From NCBI GenBank assembly GCA_963701075.1, contig OY969559.1:1456639-1488638 (forward strand): a stretch of 32,000 nt of DNA, read 5' to 3'. The notes under the pieces were generated by a model. It was given only the letters and a program-made list of their open reading frames with translations. It did no database searches and had not been told where the DNA came from. The translations under genes and the position numbers were made by a program. Below, in pieces: positions 16,366 through 25,823 of the stretch; the first letter of the stretch is position 1; each line of letters begins with the position of its first letter. The stretch is from an uncultured Nitrososphaerota archaeon (lineage in GTDB: Archaea; Thermoproteota; Nitrososphaeria; Nitrososphaerales; Nitrosopumilaceae).

Positions 16366-17463
16366 ATGAGCGACTGGGATCTAATGATGCCTGGTATGGG
16401 TTTGACCGCCATAGGTCTTGGAGGAGTCATTTTATCATACTTGGGAATTGCCAATACTTTCCTTACAGGAATGCAGGCACTTTCAGGTTTGACCATGTTT
16501 GTAGGCATGGTGTTCTTGTCCGCAGGAATTCTAAGCGGAGGTGTTTCAACTAGTCCAAGAGCTAAAGCAACAACTCTTGTAATATTTGGAATTGCAGGCT
16601 CGGTAGGAGCTTATGCAATAAGTCTGAATACCGTCATAACATCATTGCCTAGATTTGTAGGCGTTTTAATCATCATAATCATACCAAGTGTTGTCATAGC
16701 ATTTTCTTCTATGAAGGCACAAAAATATTTCAGGCCCATATCTATAATATTTTTGGCTGCAATGGCAGTTGGAGTTGGATCATTTACTGCATTTGGATTC
16801 ATAGGACCAGGTGCACAATTCTCGTTGCATTCACTAAATGAAACTAATGCAACACAAGCAGCTAATCAGACTTTGCCAACAGCACCAGTAATATCTGTCA
16901 CCATTCCAGTCAATGCATCCATCAAAGGAAATCCAAACTTTACACCCAATACTGTAACTGTTCCAAAAGGGGACATAATAGAGTGGACCAATAATGACAC
17001 AGTACCTCACACTGTAACAAACGCTCCAGACGGTTCAATATTTGATTCTAATTTGATTTCAGCTGGTAAGACATACTCACTTGATACATCAAAATTAAAT
17101 GCAACAGAATATGATTACATGTGCACAGTGCACCCATTCATGACAGGCAAGATAATAATAACTCAACCACTTGTCGCAAATGTTACAATCTCAAAAGGTG
17201 CATCCACACAAAGTGCTGGACAAAAATATTTTGATCCAGCAAGTATTTCTGTCAAAGTTGGAACAACTGTAATTTGGACTAACCAAGACGCTGCATCTCA
17301 CACAGTCACAAGCGGTGATCCAAGTGCTGGACCCTCAGGAACATTTGATTCTAGTCTGATCAAACCCGGAGATACATTCAAGCATGCGTTTACAACAGCC
17401 GGTACAACATCATACTTCTGTACAGTTCATCCATGGATGACTGGAAAAGTAATAGTAGGATGA
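16366..17463 (+). CDS. membrane-anchored protein with two plastocyanin-like (type 1 blue copper) domains
   Basis: The N-terminal ~160 aa has several hydrophobic helices. Two cupredoxin repeats follow, each with complete ligand sets: HTVTNAP...CTVHPFMTGK and HTVTSGD...CTVHPWMTGK. Confidence 0.85.
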   Translation: MSDWDLMMPGMGLTAIGLGGVILSYLGIANTFLTGMQALSGLTMFVGMVFLSAGILSGGVSTSPRAKATTLVIFGIAGSVGAYAISLNTVITSLPRFVGVLIIIIIPSVVIAFSSMKAQKYFRPISIIFLAAMAVGVGSFTAFGFIGPGAQFSLHSLNETNATQAANQTLPTAPVISVTIPVNASIKGNPNFTPNTVTVPKGDIIEWTNNDTVPHTVTNAPDGSIFDSNLISAGKTYSLDTSKLNATEYDYMCTVHPFMTGKIIITQPLVANVTISKGASTQSAGQKYFDPASISVKVGTTVIWTNQDAASHTVTSGDPSAGPSGTFDSSLIKPGDTFKHAFTTAGTTSYFCTVHPWMTGKVIVG

Positions 17464-17873
17464 CATTACAAAAAGAGATAACACTTTCCAAAAATCATGT
17501 TGACATACTAATACTACATGCAAAGAAAAATGAACCCAATGAATCTTGTGCCATACTTTTTGGAAAGAATGACGATGGGCAGTTTTTAACATCAGATGTT
17601 TTTCTAACAGAGAATTCAGAGCCCTCACCTGTTAATTTCACCATATCAAACGATGATCTCATAAAAGCATATGAAGAATCTGAGAAGAGGAATTTAGAAG
17701 TCGTGGCAATATTCCACTCCCATCCAAACTCGATAACTTATCCCTCTTCCACAGACCTCCAATACATGGAAGTAAATCCAGTTCCATGGGTTATCTATTC
17801 AAATGTAAATAACGAATTTAGGGCATATATTTTAGAATCGACTATTGTACCAGTTAATGTAACAATCCTCTAG
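17460..17873 (+). CDS. JAB1/MPN/Mov34 (JAMM) metalloprotease domain protein
   Basis: FHSHPNSITYPSSTD is the JAMM HxHx7Sx2D motif, with an upstream Glu in EPNESCAILFG. ATG 17460 overlaps the cupredoxin TGA (ATGA). The track start at 17433 lies inside the upstream gene. Confidence 0.8.
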   Translation: MTLQKEITLSKNHVDILILHAKKNEPNESCAILFGKNDDGQFLTSDVFLTENSEPSPVNFTISNDDLIKAYEESEKRNLEVVAIFHSHPNSITYPSSTDLQYMEVNPVPWVIYSNVNNEFRAYILESTIVPVNVTIL

Positions 17874-17874
17874 C

Positions 17875-17991
17875 ATTATTGCTTGTGTATGTTCTTTTTA
17901 TGTCGCTCAAAATGCTCTTTATCTACAAAGGTTGCGCTACAATCCTTACATTTGAATCCGGCTTTTTGGCCCCACACTGACAAGTAATACA
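17875..17991 (-). CDS. C2H2 zinc-finger mini-protein (start uncertain)
   Basis: Below the track cutoff. Its frame reads ...GQKAGFKCKDCSATFVDKEHFERHKKNIHKQ*, and FKCKDC-x12-H-x4-H is a C2H2 finger. The nearest starts are GTG 17991, TTG 17982 and GTG 17976. ATG 18040 becomes in-frame only if one A is removed from the A5 run at 17962-17966. Confidence 0.4.
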
Positions 17992-18289
17992 CGCAAGTTA
18001 CGTAAAAGAATTGCTCTCACTAAACGTAATCTTTGTGCCATTATGGACTTTATTCACAAATTCCTTGAAGTCTGGATATGATGGGAAGACAAGTCACGGG
18101 GAGATACCGCATCTTGTCATTTGACTCGATAGTAGTGGAAAACAACTGAAATGATCGAACAGTGGTGCAAATTCGTTATCAAATTCTAGAATAATATTCT
18201 TGATCTTTGGAAGATCGACAGTACTTTACGTATCACAATAAAAACCCGCGGGATTTAGAATAAATATCCCTTTTTTATCCATCAAAAAC

Positions 18290-18547
18290 ATGGAAATTCA
18301 CGTATACGACACATATGTAGAGGCAAAGGACGGCCATACGATGCACTTTGATGTCATTACAAATGTAAAAGATCATCAAAAGGCAATCCAGTATGCAAGA
18401 GAATGGCTTAAGACAATAAATGAGTCAGAGGCAAAAGTTACAACTGAAGAGTGCCAATTCTGTCACTCACAAGGTGCACCTCAGCCAATTGCTAACGAGA
18501 TCCAACAGAAAGGATACTTTATCCAGAAGATGGAAGGCTGTCCGTAG
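18290..18547 (+). CDS. DUF2024 family protein
   Basis: 85 aa. HVYDTYVEAKDGHTMHFDV...A.QYAREWL...EECQFCHSQGAP......I...GYFIQKMEGCP matches my recollection of the DUF2024 pattern. Confidence 0.6.
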   Translation: MEIHVYDTYVEAKDGHTMHFDVITNVKDHQKAIQYAREWLKTINESEAKVTTEECQFCHSQGAPQPIANEIQQKGYFIQKMEGCP

Positions 18548-18619
18548 CTACCTTTTTCAATTTTTTAAACTCATTATTTTTGAAAACTCTTTTTAGATCG
18601 CTTCATCCTATTTGATATC

Positions 18620-18817
18620 ATGGTAAACAATAGCAAATACAACAAACTGACAGTAGAAGGTGAGATCCAAACCAAGTGGATATGTGGTTGTTTTGAAACT
18701 GTGGACGGATTCTTCAAGTTTTGTCCAGAACATAACAATGCAATGAAAAAAACAATAGAGGCTCAAATAGACGAGCTTGACATGACATTGATTGTGGATG
18801 ATAAAAAATCAGAATAA
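18620..18817 (+). CDS. hypothetical small Cys/His-containing protein
   Basis: 65-aa ORF with WICGCFETVDGFFKFCPEH. No recognised family. It ends 1 nt before the convergent hppA stop. Confidence 0.3.
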   Translation: MVNNSKYNKLTVEGEIQTKWICGCFETVDGFFKFCPEHNNAMKKTIEAQIDELDMTLIVDDKKSE

Positions 18818-18818
18818 T

Positions 18819-20852
18819 CTACAGTACAAAGATAGCAACAAACGCAGATACGAAAACTATTGCTACGGTGTTTAACAATTTAATGACTGTATTTAGTGCG
18901 GGTCCGGCAGTATCCTTGTATGGATCCCCAATTATATCACCAACAATTGCTATCTTGTGTTCTTCTGTTCCCTTTTGTTTGTTAATTTCCATGTATTTTT
19001 TGGCATTGTCCCACGCACCACCAGTATTTGCCAGATGGAATGCCAGGAAAATTCCTGTAATTACTGCACCCATTAAAAGTCCAACAACTGCAGATGGGCC
19101 TAAAACTATACCAAGTACTATGGGCGCTGCAATTGTTATTGCCGCAGATTTCCAAAGCTCACGTAATGACGCTACTGTTGCAACATCAACACATTTTGCA
19201 TAATCTGGCTTTACCTCGTATGTCAAAATGCCTGGAGACTCCTTGAATTGTCGCCTTACTTCTTCTACCATTTTAGAAGCTGCCCTTGCTACTGCGGCAA
19301 TAAGCTGACTTGTAATAAAGAACGGCAATAGGCCACCTACAAGCAATCCGACAACTACCGCAGGGTTTGAAAGACTGTAATCAAAAATATGATGGAATAC
19401 TTTTCCTGCCTCATACTGAAATGCTTGGATCATAGCTAGTGCGGCAAGTCCTGCACTAGCAATTGCAAAACCTTTAGTCACAGCCTTTGTAGTATTTCCT
19501 ACTGCGTCAATTTCATCTGTGACTTTACGATTTTCTTCCCCCATACCTGTCATTTCTACAATTCCACCTGCATTGTCGCTGATAGGGCCAAATGCATCTA
19601 TACTCAACACAATTCCTGCAAGGCTTAACATAGCCATGGCTGTAAGCGATGTACCAAATATTCCATAAAGCGTAGTTTGCGTAGGATCTGGCGCTGCAGA
19701 TGATGCCAATACATATGATGTAGCTAAAGCCACAACAATTGCAATCATAAACGGGCCAGTGGAACGCATTCCTTGGATTATTCCCATTAGTGTAAGTGAC
19801 GCATATCCCCATTTTGCAGAAGCAGCAATTTCTTGGACTGGTTTGAATCTATAACTTGTAAAGTAATCTGTGATTCTCTGTATTACTGGTACCAGAATAA
19901 CTCCTATTACCGTACTACCAAACAGTGCATACGCGATCTTCGTATGACCAAGAAACAAATATGTAAAAACAAAATTAAGCGCGATTGCTATTGCAGCCGA
20001 AACATAAAATGCGTTGGCAAGTGGCTTGTTTACATCCGTCATCTTTCTTGGAGTTATGGTTGCAATACCAATAATAGATGCAAATAATCCTGAAGCACCG
20101 ATTAACATTGGATAAAACAAGTTCTGAGGAGTTCCAATCAGCCCGGCAATCAGTAGCGATGCAAGCATTGTTACAATATATGATTCATAAATATCAGACC
20201 CCATTCCAGCTGCGTCTCCTACATTGTCTCCCACGTTATCAGCAATCGTTGCTGGGTTTCGCGGATCATCCTCTGGGATATTTGCTTCCACCTTTCCTAC
20301 CAAGTCTGCACCCATGTCGGCAGCCTTTGTGAAGATCCCTCCACCAACCCTGATAAACAAGGCAATCAAGCTAGCACCAATGCCAACACCTGCAATTGTG
20401 ATAGGACTTGGAAATGCAAAATAGAGTAAACTCATGCCCAAGAGAGCCATGGCAGGCACGGCAAGACCTACTGTTGCCCCACCCCTAAATGCAAGAGCAA
20501 AGGTATGCCCAAGCCCTTTTCCGGACGCATTTGCAGCTCGAACCGCTGCCTTTACTGTAATTTTAAGTGCGATCAATCCGGCAATAGCAGAAAGCCCTGC
20601 ACCAACAGAAAAAGCAATGCCATTAGTAAAGCCAATTGCGGTACCGATCAAGACAGCAAGACCTATGGCAATAGGAATAACAATTCTAAACTCTCTTCTC
20701 AAAAACGCCATTGCGCCTACCCCCACCGCATTTGAAATATCTAGCATCTGCTGTGTTCCAGGCTTTTGTTTAGATACCCATGCTGCAAGTACTGCTGCAA
20801 TGATAAAAGATATGATTGACGCGCCAACCGGAATCAGTTCTTTGAGCGTCAT
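18819..20852 (-). CDS. hppA: membrane-bound proton/sodium-translocating pyrophosphatase
   Basis: 677 aa and highly hydrophobic. Signature motifs: GGIFTKAADMGADLVGKVE, DNVGDNVGD, DAFGPISDNAGG and GDIIGDPYKDTAGPALN. Confidence 0.95.
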   Translation of the reverse strand: MTLKELIPVGASIISFIIAAVLAAWVSKQKPGTQQMLDISNAVGVGAMAFLRREFRIVIPIAIGLAVLIGTAIGFTNGIAFSVGAGLSAIAGLIALKITVKAAVRAANASGKGLGHTFALAFRGGATVGLAVPAMALLGMSLLYFAFPSPITIAGVGIGASLIALFIRVGGGIFTKAADMGADLVGKVEANIPEDDPRNPATIADNVGDNVGDAAGMGSDIYESYIVTMLASLLIAGLIGTPQNLFYPMLIGASGLFASIIGIATITPRKMTDVNKPLANAFYVSAAIAIALNFVFTYLFLGHTKIAYALFGSTVIGVILVPVIQRITDYFTSYRFKPVQEIAASAKWGYASLTLMGIIQGMRSTGPFMIAIVVALATSYVLASSAAPDPTQTTLYGIFGTSLTAMAMLSLAGIVLSIDAFGPISDNAGGIVEMTGMGEENRKVTDEIDAVGNTTKAVTKGFAIASAGLAALAMIQAFQYEAGKVFHHIFDYSLSNPAVVVGLLVGGLLPFFITSQLIAAVARAASKMVEEVRRQFKESPGILTYEVKPDYAKCVDVATVASLRELWKSAAITIAAPIVLGIVLGPSAVVGLLMGAVITGIFLAFHLANTGGAWDNAKKYMEINKQKGTEEHKIAIVGDIIGDPYKDTAGPALNTVIKLLNTVAIVFVSAFVAIFVL

Positions 20853-20877
20853 CTGAAAGTAAGACTCGGATGGGGTA

Positions 20878-20890
20878 TTTATATAAATTT
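20878..20890 (-). promoter_or_regulatory. TATA-box candidate for hppA
   Basis: The palindromic TTTATATAAATTT lies about 26-38 nt upstream of the ATG at 20852. That spacing is consistent with a leaderless or very short-leader archaeal transcript. Confidence 0.45.
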
Positions 20891-20951
20891 ATTCTACTTT
20901 ACTCATATAATGTTATAATGGAGTGATTTAAAATAATTTTAAGAAGAATTT

Positions 20952-21356
20952 TTACACTCTTTTTCTATACGGTTTGAAATTTTTTCCTGCCAAGCCTTGT
21001 CTTACTAGCTTGTTGAAGCGCTTTCCATGACTCAAGTATGGAAACCGAAAATGAATGAGCTCGTGCACTATTGTATTTTCAAGGGTCCTGTCATCAGGTA
21101 TTTTCTTGATATTTACAAAGACGAGATTGTGTTGCAAATATGACACCCCCAAGTATTTGTAAGCCGAAGTCCTCCTTCCCTCGGTAATTTCCTTTGGCAT
21201 GTCAAGAACCTCTCTAGTTGTTAGCAACACTCTGGGTTCTGAAATTCCAAATCTGCTTGAATAGATTCCAACTTTTTCCAATATCTTAACTTTCAAATCT
21301 AAATCACACTTCATTGCTTGAGGATCTTCTGGAAATAGTTTAATTAGAATTGTCAA
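20952..21356 (-). CDS. putative zinc metallopeptidase (HExxH; SprT/DUF45-like)
   Basis: NTIVHELIHFRFPYLSHGKRFNKLV contains HExxH followed by an H/F-rich segment, as in DUF45/SprT-like proteins. Start uncertain (TTG 21356, or an ATG 14 codons downstream). Confidence 0.5.
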   Translation of the reverse strand: MTILIKLFPEDPQAMKCDLDLKVKILEKVGIYSSRFGISEPRVLLTTREVLDMPKEITEGRRTSAYKYLGVSYLQHNLVFVNIKKIPDDRTLENTIVHELIHFRFPYLSHGKRFNKLVRQGLAGKNFKPYRKRV

Positions 21357-21472
21357 ATATCGTGCAAGAGTTTGTGTATTTTTCCAAGTTTACCAGAAAA
21401 GTGGTTATTTAGGGTCAGAACTTGTGTAGTTTAATCATCACATCATACAGCCACCGTGTCATCATACCCCAA

Positions 21473-21967
21473 CTAACTCATAGAATTCATAATCTTAGTT
21501 ACCTTATTTCTTATCTCTTCGGTTACCTTTACAATGACTAGCCCTTCATTTGGTTGCCCATACATGATGACAGAATTTTTAGGAGCATGCATGGCAACAG
21601 GTAAGACCAAGAGGTCTTCCTCACCTTTTACGATTATTCTAACCGGTACATCTGCCTGAAAGGCCTTTTTTATGATAGATATGCTCTCGCTAGTAATCTC
21701 TGCTGCTGGGTTTACGCATTCAAGAGTCGTTCTTACTTTTCCTAGTGGCAGGCTTCTCTTGTTCCTCTTTTCCAGTGAATCGACTATCTGCAATGATGGA
21801 TCAAGTCCAAATTTTATCATCTTCTCAGTTGTGGCATCTCCAACTGTTATCAAAAAGACATCCTTTGGCATAATTTGTAAAATAGTCTCTTTTGTTACCT
21901 CTGAATCCTTAATTAATAATCCCATAGGTTTTTTGAGACTATCACGCAGAGTGTCTGGCAGATGCAT
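21473..21967 (-). CDS. GTP-dependent dephospho-CoA kinase (DUF359/UPF0218 family)
   Basis: LKKPMGLLI...LITVGDATTEKMIKFGLDPSLQIVDSLEKR...GEEDLLVLPV...VMYGQPNEGLVIV is the DUF359 pattern of the archaeal DPCK. Confidence 0.75.
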   Translation of the reverse strand: MHLPDTLRDSLKKPMGLLIKDSEVTKETILQIMPKDVFLITVGDATTEKMIKFGLDPSLQIVDSLEKRNKRSLPLGKVRTTLECVNPAAEITSESISIIKKAFQADVPVRIIVKGEEDLLVLPVAMHAPKNSVIMYGQPNEGLVIVKVTEEIRNKVTKIMNSMS

Positions 21968-21992
21968 GAGATACCTTTGTTTTATTCTATTT

Positions 21993-23075
21993 TTATGTAG
22001 TTGCTTCTGCAGTCATTTCCTCACTAAGCTGACTTGCAATCACACTGCATCTTGCTGCCACATTCTTTGCCACGGTCATAAATGCCTGAGCGTTAGGAGA
22101 ATTTGGATCAGTGACAAGTACTGGTCTGCCGCTGTCAGAGCTTTCCATGATACCCGGATTTAAAGGAATTCCACCCAAGAATGGCAGATTGTGTTTTTCA
22201 CCCATTCTTTTTGCGCCATCTTTACCAAAGATGTAATGATCAGTATTGCAATTATTACATTTGAAGTAGCTCATATTTTCTATCACACCAATGATTGGTA
22301 CGTTGAGTTTTTGGAACATGCCAAATGCCTTTACTGCAACATTGCTTGCAACTTCTTGAGGAGTGGTTACAACGACTATACCAGTAATAGGAATTGTTTG
22401 AGCTAGTGTCAACGGGATATCTCCTGTTCCTGGCGGAAGGTCTACAATTAGATAATCAAGATCACTCCAGTTAGTATCTACCAAAAATTGTTTTAAAATT
22501 CCTGAAATTATGGGACCGCGATATATTGCAGCCTGGTGTTCCTGATCAGCAAAGAATCCAAATGATACTACTTTTAATCCGTGTGATTCTGCAGGTTGTA
22601 GTTTGTTATTTTCAACTTCCAGTGCAGCTTTTCCCATTCCGAGCATAAGCGGTACACTTGGACCGTAAATATCTGCATCAAGAATTCCAACTCTAGCACC
22701 GGTGTTTGCAAGAGCCAGTGCAAGATTTACAGAAACAGTTGTCTTACCTACTCCGCCCTTTCCACTTGCAACGCCTATGATATTCTTAACAGTAGGAAGC
22801 ATCTCGTCCATGCTTAGTGCACGGCCTTCCATGACTTTGGCAGTAACTTTGATGTCTGGCTTTGATACCCCAGGAATCTTCGATAGTGCTTGGCGGACAT
22901 CTTGTTCTATCTGCTCATTGAAAGGGCATGCAGGAGTGGTTAATTCCAGAGTAAACTTGAGATTATTGCCATTTATCTCCAGATCCTTTATCATGCCCAT
23001 TGAGACAATATCTTTTTTGAGATCTGGGTCAATTACTGTACTTAATGTCTGTAAAACCTCATCAACTGATACCAT
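21993..23075 (-). CDS. mrp: Mrp/NBP35/ApbC-type Fe-S cluster carrier ATPase with N-terminal DUF59 domain
   Basis: The N terminus (VIDPDLKKDIVSMGMIKDL...TTPACP) is DUF59. It also has the deviant Walker A SGKGGVGKTT, plus DLPPGTGD and a CNNC motif. Confidence 0.9.
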   Translation of the reverse strand: MVSVDEVLQTLSTVIDPDLKKDIVSMGMIKDLEINGNNLKFTLELTTPACPFNEQIEQDVRQALSKIPGVSKPDIKVTAKVMEGRALSMDEMLPTVKNIIGVASGKGGVGKTTVSVNLALALANTGARVGILDADIYGPSVPLMLGMGKAALEVENNKLQPAESHGLKVVSFGFFADQEHQAAIYRGPIISGILKQFLVDTNWSDLDYLIVDLPPGTGDIPLTLAQTIPITGIVVVTTPQEVASNVAVKAFGMFQKLNVPIIGVIENMSYFKCNNCNTDHYIFGKDGAKRMGEKHNLPFLGGIPLNPGIMESSDSGRPVLVTDPNSPNAQAFMTVAKNVAARCSVIASQLSEEMTAEATT

Positions 23076-23173
23076 ACAATAAAAAATTCCTTAGTACGAT
23101 ATTTAAACATAGGCAAAAATAGCATACAAGTTATCCAAAGATTCATAAATTCAAATTTTACCAGTTTTTTTGA

Positions 23174-23773
23174 TTGTTTTCTATATCAACCCTTACTGAT
23201 GTAGTTAGAATTCCTCCAAAGTTATTTGGCGAGTCACTGAAAAAGGCAGCCATAACAATTTTGAGAGAGAAGTATGAAAGTATGATAAATCCTGAATTGG
23301 GATATGTCATAATGATCATGGATACCAAAGTCGAGAAGATGGGTAAAATCATTGCAGGAGACGGAGGTACTTATCACAGAGTAGAGTTTACCGCACTTAC
23401 ATTCCATCCAAAGCTTCAAGAAATTGTCAGAGGCGAAATTGTTGAAATTACAGACTTTGGAGCATTTGTAAGAATTGGTGCAACAGATGCTTTGTTACAC
23501 TTGTCACAAATAATGGATGACTATCTAAAGAGCGATGTAAAGTCTGGCATGATTTTGGCTAACCAAAGTGGAAGAACCATGAAGATTGGTACAACTCTTC
23601 GAGCAAGAATTACCGCAGTGTCATTAGGCAAGACTGCTGCAATGAAAGTTGGTATAACTTGCAGACAACCATTTCTTGGTGCAGATGAATGGATCGAAGA
23701 AGAGATAAAGAAAGCAAAAACTCCTCCAACACCACAAGCTGAAAAGGCTAAAAAACCTGTAGAAGCCAAGTGA
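23174..23773 (+). CDS. rpo7: DNA-directed RNA polymerase subunit E' (Rpo7) with S1 domain
   Basis: LTDVVRIPPKLFG...LGYVIMI...GDGGTYHRVEFTALTFHPKLQEIVRGEIVEITDFGAFVRIG. TTG start at 23174, immediately preceded by an in-frame TGA. Confidence 0.9.
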   Translation: MFSISTLTDVVRIPPKLFGESLKKAAITILREKYESMINPELGYVIMIMDTKVEKMGKIIAGDGGTYHRVEFTALTFHPKLQEIVRGEIVEITDFGAFVRIGATDALLHLSQIMDDYLKSDVKSGMILANQSGRTMKIGTTLRARITAVSLGKTAAMKVGITCRQPFLGADEWIEEEIKKAKTPPTPQAEKAKKPVEAK

Positions 23774-23779
23774 TAAAAA

Positions 23780-23968
23780 ATGGTTAGAGAGATGGCTTGC
23801 CGCAAGTGCAAATTTGTAACCATTGGCAAGGTATGTGCAATTTGTAAATCAACAGACCTAACGCCTGACTGGAGTGGCGCTGTTCTCATAGTGGATCCCA
23901 TAAACTCAGTCATTGCAAAATCTTTAGGAATAACTGAAAAAGGAAAATACGCCCTCAAGGTAACTTAG
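23780..23968 (+). CDS. spt4: transcription elongation factor Spt4 (RpoE'')
   Basis: 62 aa. The zinc ribbon CRKCKFV....CAIC is followed by DWSGAVLIVDP..S.IAK.LGI...G.YALKV. Confidence 0.85.
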   Translation: MVREMACRKCKFVTIGKVCAICKSTDLTPDWSGAVLIVDPINSVIAKSLGITEKGKYALKVT

Positions 23969-23969
23969 A

Positions 23970-24797
23970 TTGCACAGTCGTGCAAAAAAAGCACTAGAAA
24001 CATTTCTCAAAGAAGATATTGGTAAAGGTGACATTACAAGTAATCTTCTTCCAAGAAAAAAAATTTCTGCAAACATAATTTCGCGTCAGAGAGGCATTAT
24101 TGCAGGAACGCCATATGTCAAAGAAATATTTACTTCAAGAAACTGTAAAGTCAGAATTCTAAAAAATGACGGTAGCAAGATAGAGCCTAACGACAAGATA
24201 ATGATAATCTCAGGCCCTGCATACTCAGTTTTATCGTGTGAGAGGACCGCACTTAACTTGCTATCAAGAATGAGCGGAATTGCAACCCAGACAAACAAGT
24301 TGGTAGGAATCATCAAAAGTACTAATCCAAAAGTAGAACTCTATTCCACAAGAAAAACTGCTCCTGGCTTACGTATTTTTGACAAAGAGGCCATAGAGAT
24401 AGGAGGCGGCAGAAAACATCGAATTTCTCTTGACCAGATGGTCATGATAAAAGATAATCATCTAGCAGTTGCAAAGTCATTGCAAGACATAATACGTGCT
24501 GCAAAAAAACGATATAAAAAATTTGAAGTAGAGGTTGAAAACCTGGATGATGCAATAATAGCTGCAAGAGAAGGAGCGACAATCATAATGCTTGACAACA
24601 TACCCCCAAAAGAGATCTTGCGTATTATCCAAGTCTTAAAACGACTCAATCTTCGAAGAGGGATAAAAATAGAAGCGTCAGGCGGGATAGATGAATCAAA
24701 TGTAAAGTCATATGCCAGAACTGGCATAGACATCATTTCCATTGGAAGATTGACCAGTTCTGCTCAAGGATTGGATTTGAGTCTTGAAGTTAACTGA
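23970..24797 (+). CDS. nadC: nicotinate-nucleotide pyrophosphorylase (carboxylating)
   Basis: EDIGKGDITS...ERTALNLLSRMSGIAT...TRKTAPGLR..DK.A...GGG..HR..L.D.VMIKDNH and the C-terminal EASGGI match NadC. TTG start 1 nt after the spt4 stop; the first in-frame ATG would delete the conserved N terminus. Confidence 0.9.
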   Translation: MHSRAKKALETFLKEDIGKGDITSNLLPRKKISANIISRQRGIIAGTPYVKEIFTSRNCKVRILKNDGSKIEPNDKIMIISGPAYSVLSCERTALNLLSRMSGIATQTNKLVGIIKSTNPKVELYSTRKTAPGLRIFDKEAIEIGGGRKHRISLDQMVMIKDNHLAVAKSLQDIIRAAKKRYKKFEVEVENLDDAIIAAREGATIIMLDNIPPKEILRIIQVLKRLNLRRGIKIEASGGIDESNVKSYARTGIDIISIGRLTSSAQGLDLSLEVN

Positions 24798-25728
24798 TTG
24801 CAAGCATGCGCTCTATAGCTAGATGCGCTTTTTGCGCAATATTTTTTGGAACCTTGACTTCGTATTTTTCTTCCTTCAATGACAAATAGACCTTGTCAAG
24901 CGTTATCATCTTCATATATTTACAAACTGCAGAGTCTGACATTGGTATGAATTCTTTTTCAGGGTTTTGCTTTCTCATTCTGTACAGTATGCCTGTTTCT
25001 GTAGCAACAACGAATGTCTTTCCGCTAGAATTCTTTGCATGGTTCATCATTCCTTCTGTTGACAAGATCTGAACTTGCCTGTTACCATAATCTCCACATG
25101 CAACATCGTACATGACAGATGAAGTGCAACTACACTCTGGGTGAACCAAAAACTCTGCACTTGCATATTGCGTTAGTTTTTCTTGTACTTCTTGTGGTCG
25201 TATACCTGCATGGACGTGACATTCTCCTGCCCAGATGTACATGTTTTTTCTTTCTGTCACTTTGGCTACATATGAGCCAAGAAACATATCAGGCAAAAAG
25301 AGTACTTCTTTATCGACTGGGATTGATTTTACTACATTAACGGCGTTAGACGATGTGCAGCAATAGTCAAGCTCAGCCTTTACCTCAGCAGACGTATTTA
25401 CATAACCTACAGTCACCGCGCTTGGGTGCTCACTTTTCCATTTTCTTACTTGATCAGCATTAATAGTATCTGCAAGAGAACAGCCTGCCGACAGGTCTGG
25501 AATAAGCACCTTTTTGTCAGGACAGACAATTGCTGCAGTCTCTGCCATGAAATGCACCCCACAAAATAGAATTGTTTTATGGTTAGTTTTTGCAGCTTGA
25601 CGAGAAAGCCCTAATGAATCACCTACATAATCTGCGACATCTTGCACTTCGGGTAATTGATAATTATGAGCAAGAATCAGCACATCGTTCTGTTCTTTTA
25701 GTTTAAGAATTTCTGATTTTAGGTCCAT
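24790..25728 (-). CDS. nadA: quinolinate synthase
   Basis: ILAHNYQLPEVQDVADYVGDSL...ILFCGVHFMAETA...CSLA...VGYVNTSAEVKA...CTSSNA...VHPEC match NadA. Its 3' end overlaps nadC by 8 nt (convergent). Confidence 0.95.
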   Translation of the reverse strand: MDLKSEILKLKEQNDVLILAHNYQLPEVQDVADYVGDSLGLSRQAAKTNHKTILFCGVHFMAETAAIVCPDKKVLIPDLSAGCSLADTINADQVRKWKSEHPSAVTVGYVNTSAEVKAELDYCCTSSNAVNVVKSIPVDKEVLFLPDMFLGSYVAKVTERKNMYIWAGECHVHAGIRPQEVQEKLTQYASAEFLVHPECSCTSSVMYDVACGDYGNRQVQILSTEGMMNHAKNSSGKTFVVATETGILYRMRKQNPEKEFIPMSDSAVCKYMKMITLDKVYLSLKEEKYEVKVPKNIAQKAHLAIERMLAIS

Positions 25729-25823
25729 TGTTCAGAATAAAGCTGGTCTTCCTTTCCATTTAAAGGGTCATGATATTGACAAATTTGTAGTCAGGCTGAA
25801 TACATTGTGGCAATATTTGCCAT

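Noticed and set aside
18868-20856. Seven ORFs of 66-140 aa overlapping hppA on either strand
   Set aside because: All lie inside the hppA coding region, antisense or out of frame. hppA has unmistakable pyrophosphatase motifs. Its Ala/Gly/Val-rich codon content removes stop codons from the other frames.
25808-25822. Palindrome TGGCA-ATATT-TGCCA between the nadX stop and the nadA promoter, a possible NAD regulator site
   Set aside because: A 5-bp arm with fixed spacing is expected many times by chance in 32 kb. I found no second copy near nadC or elsewhere.
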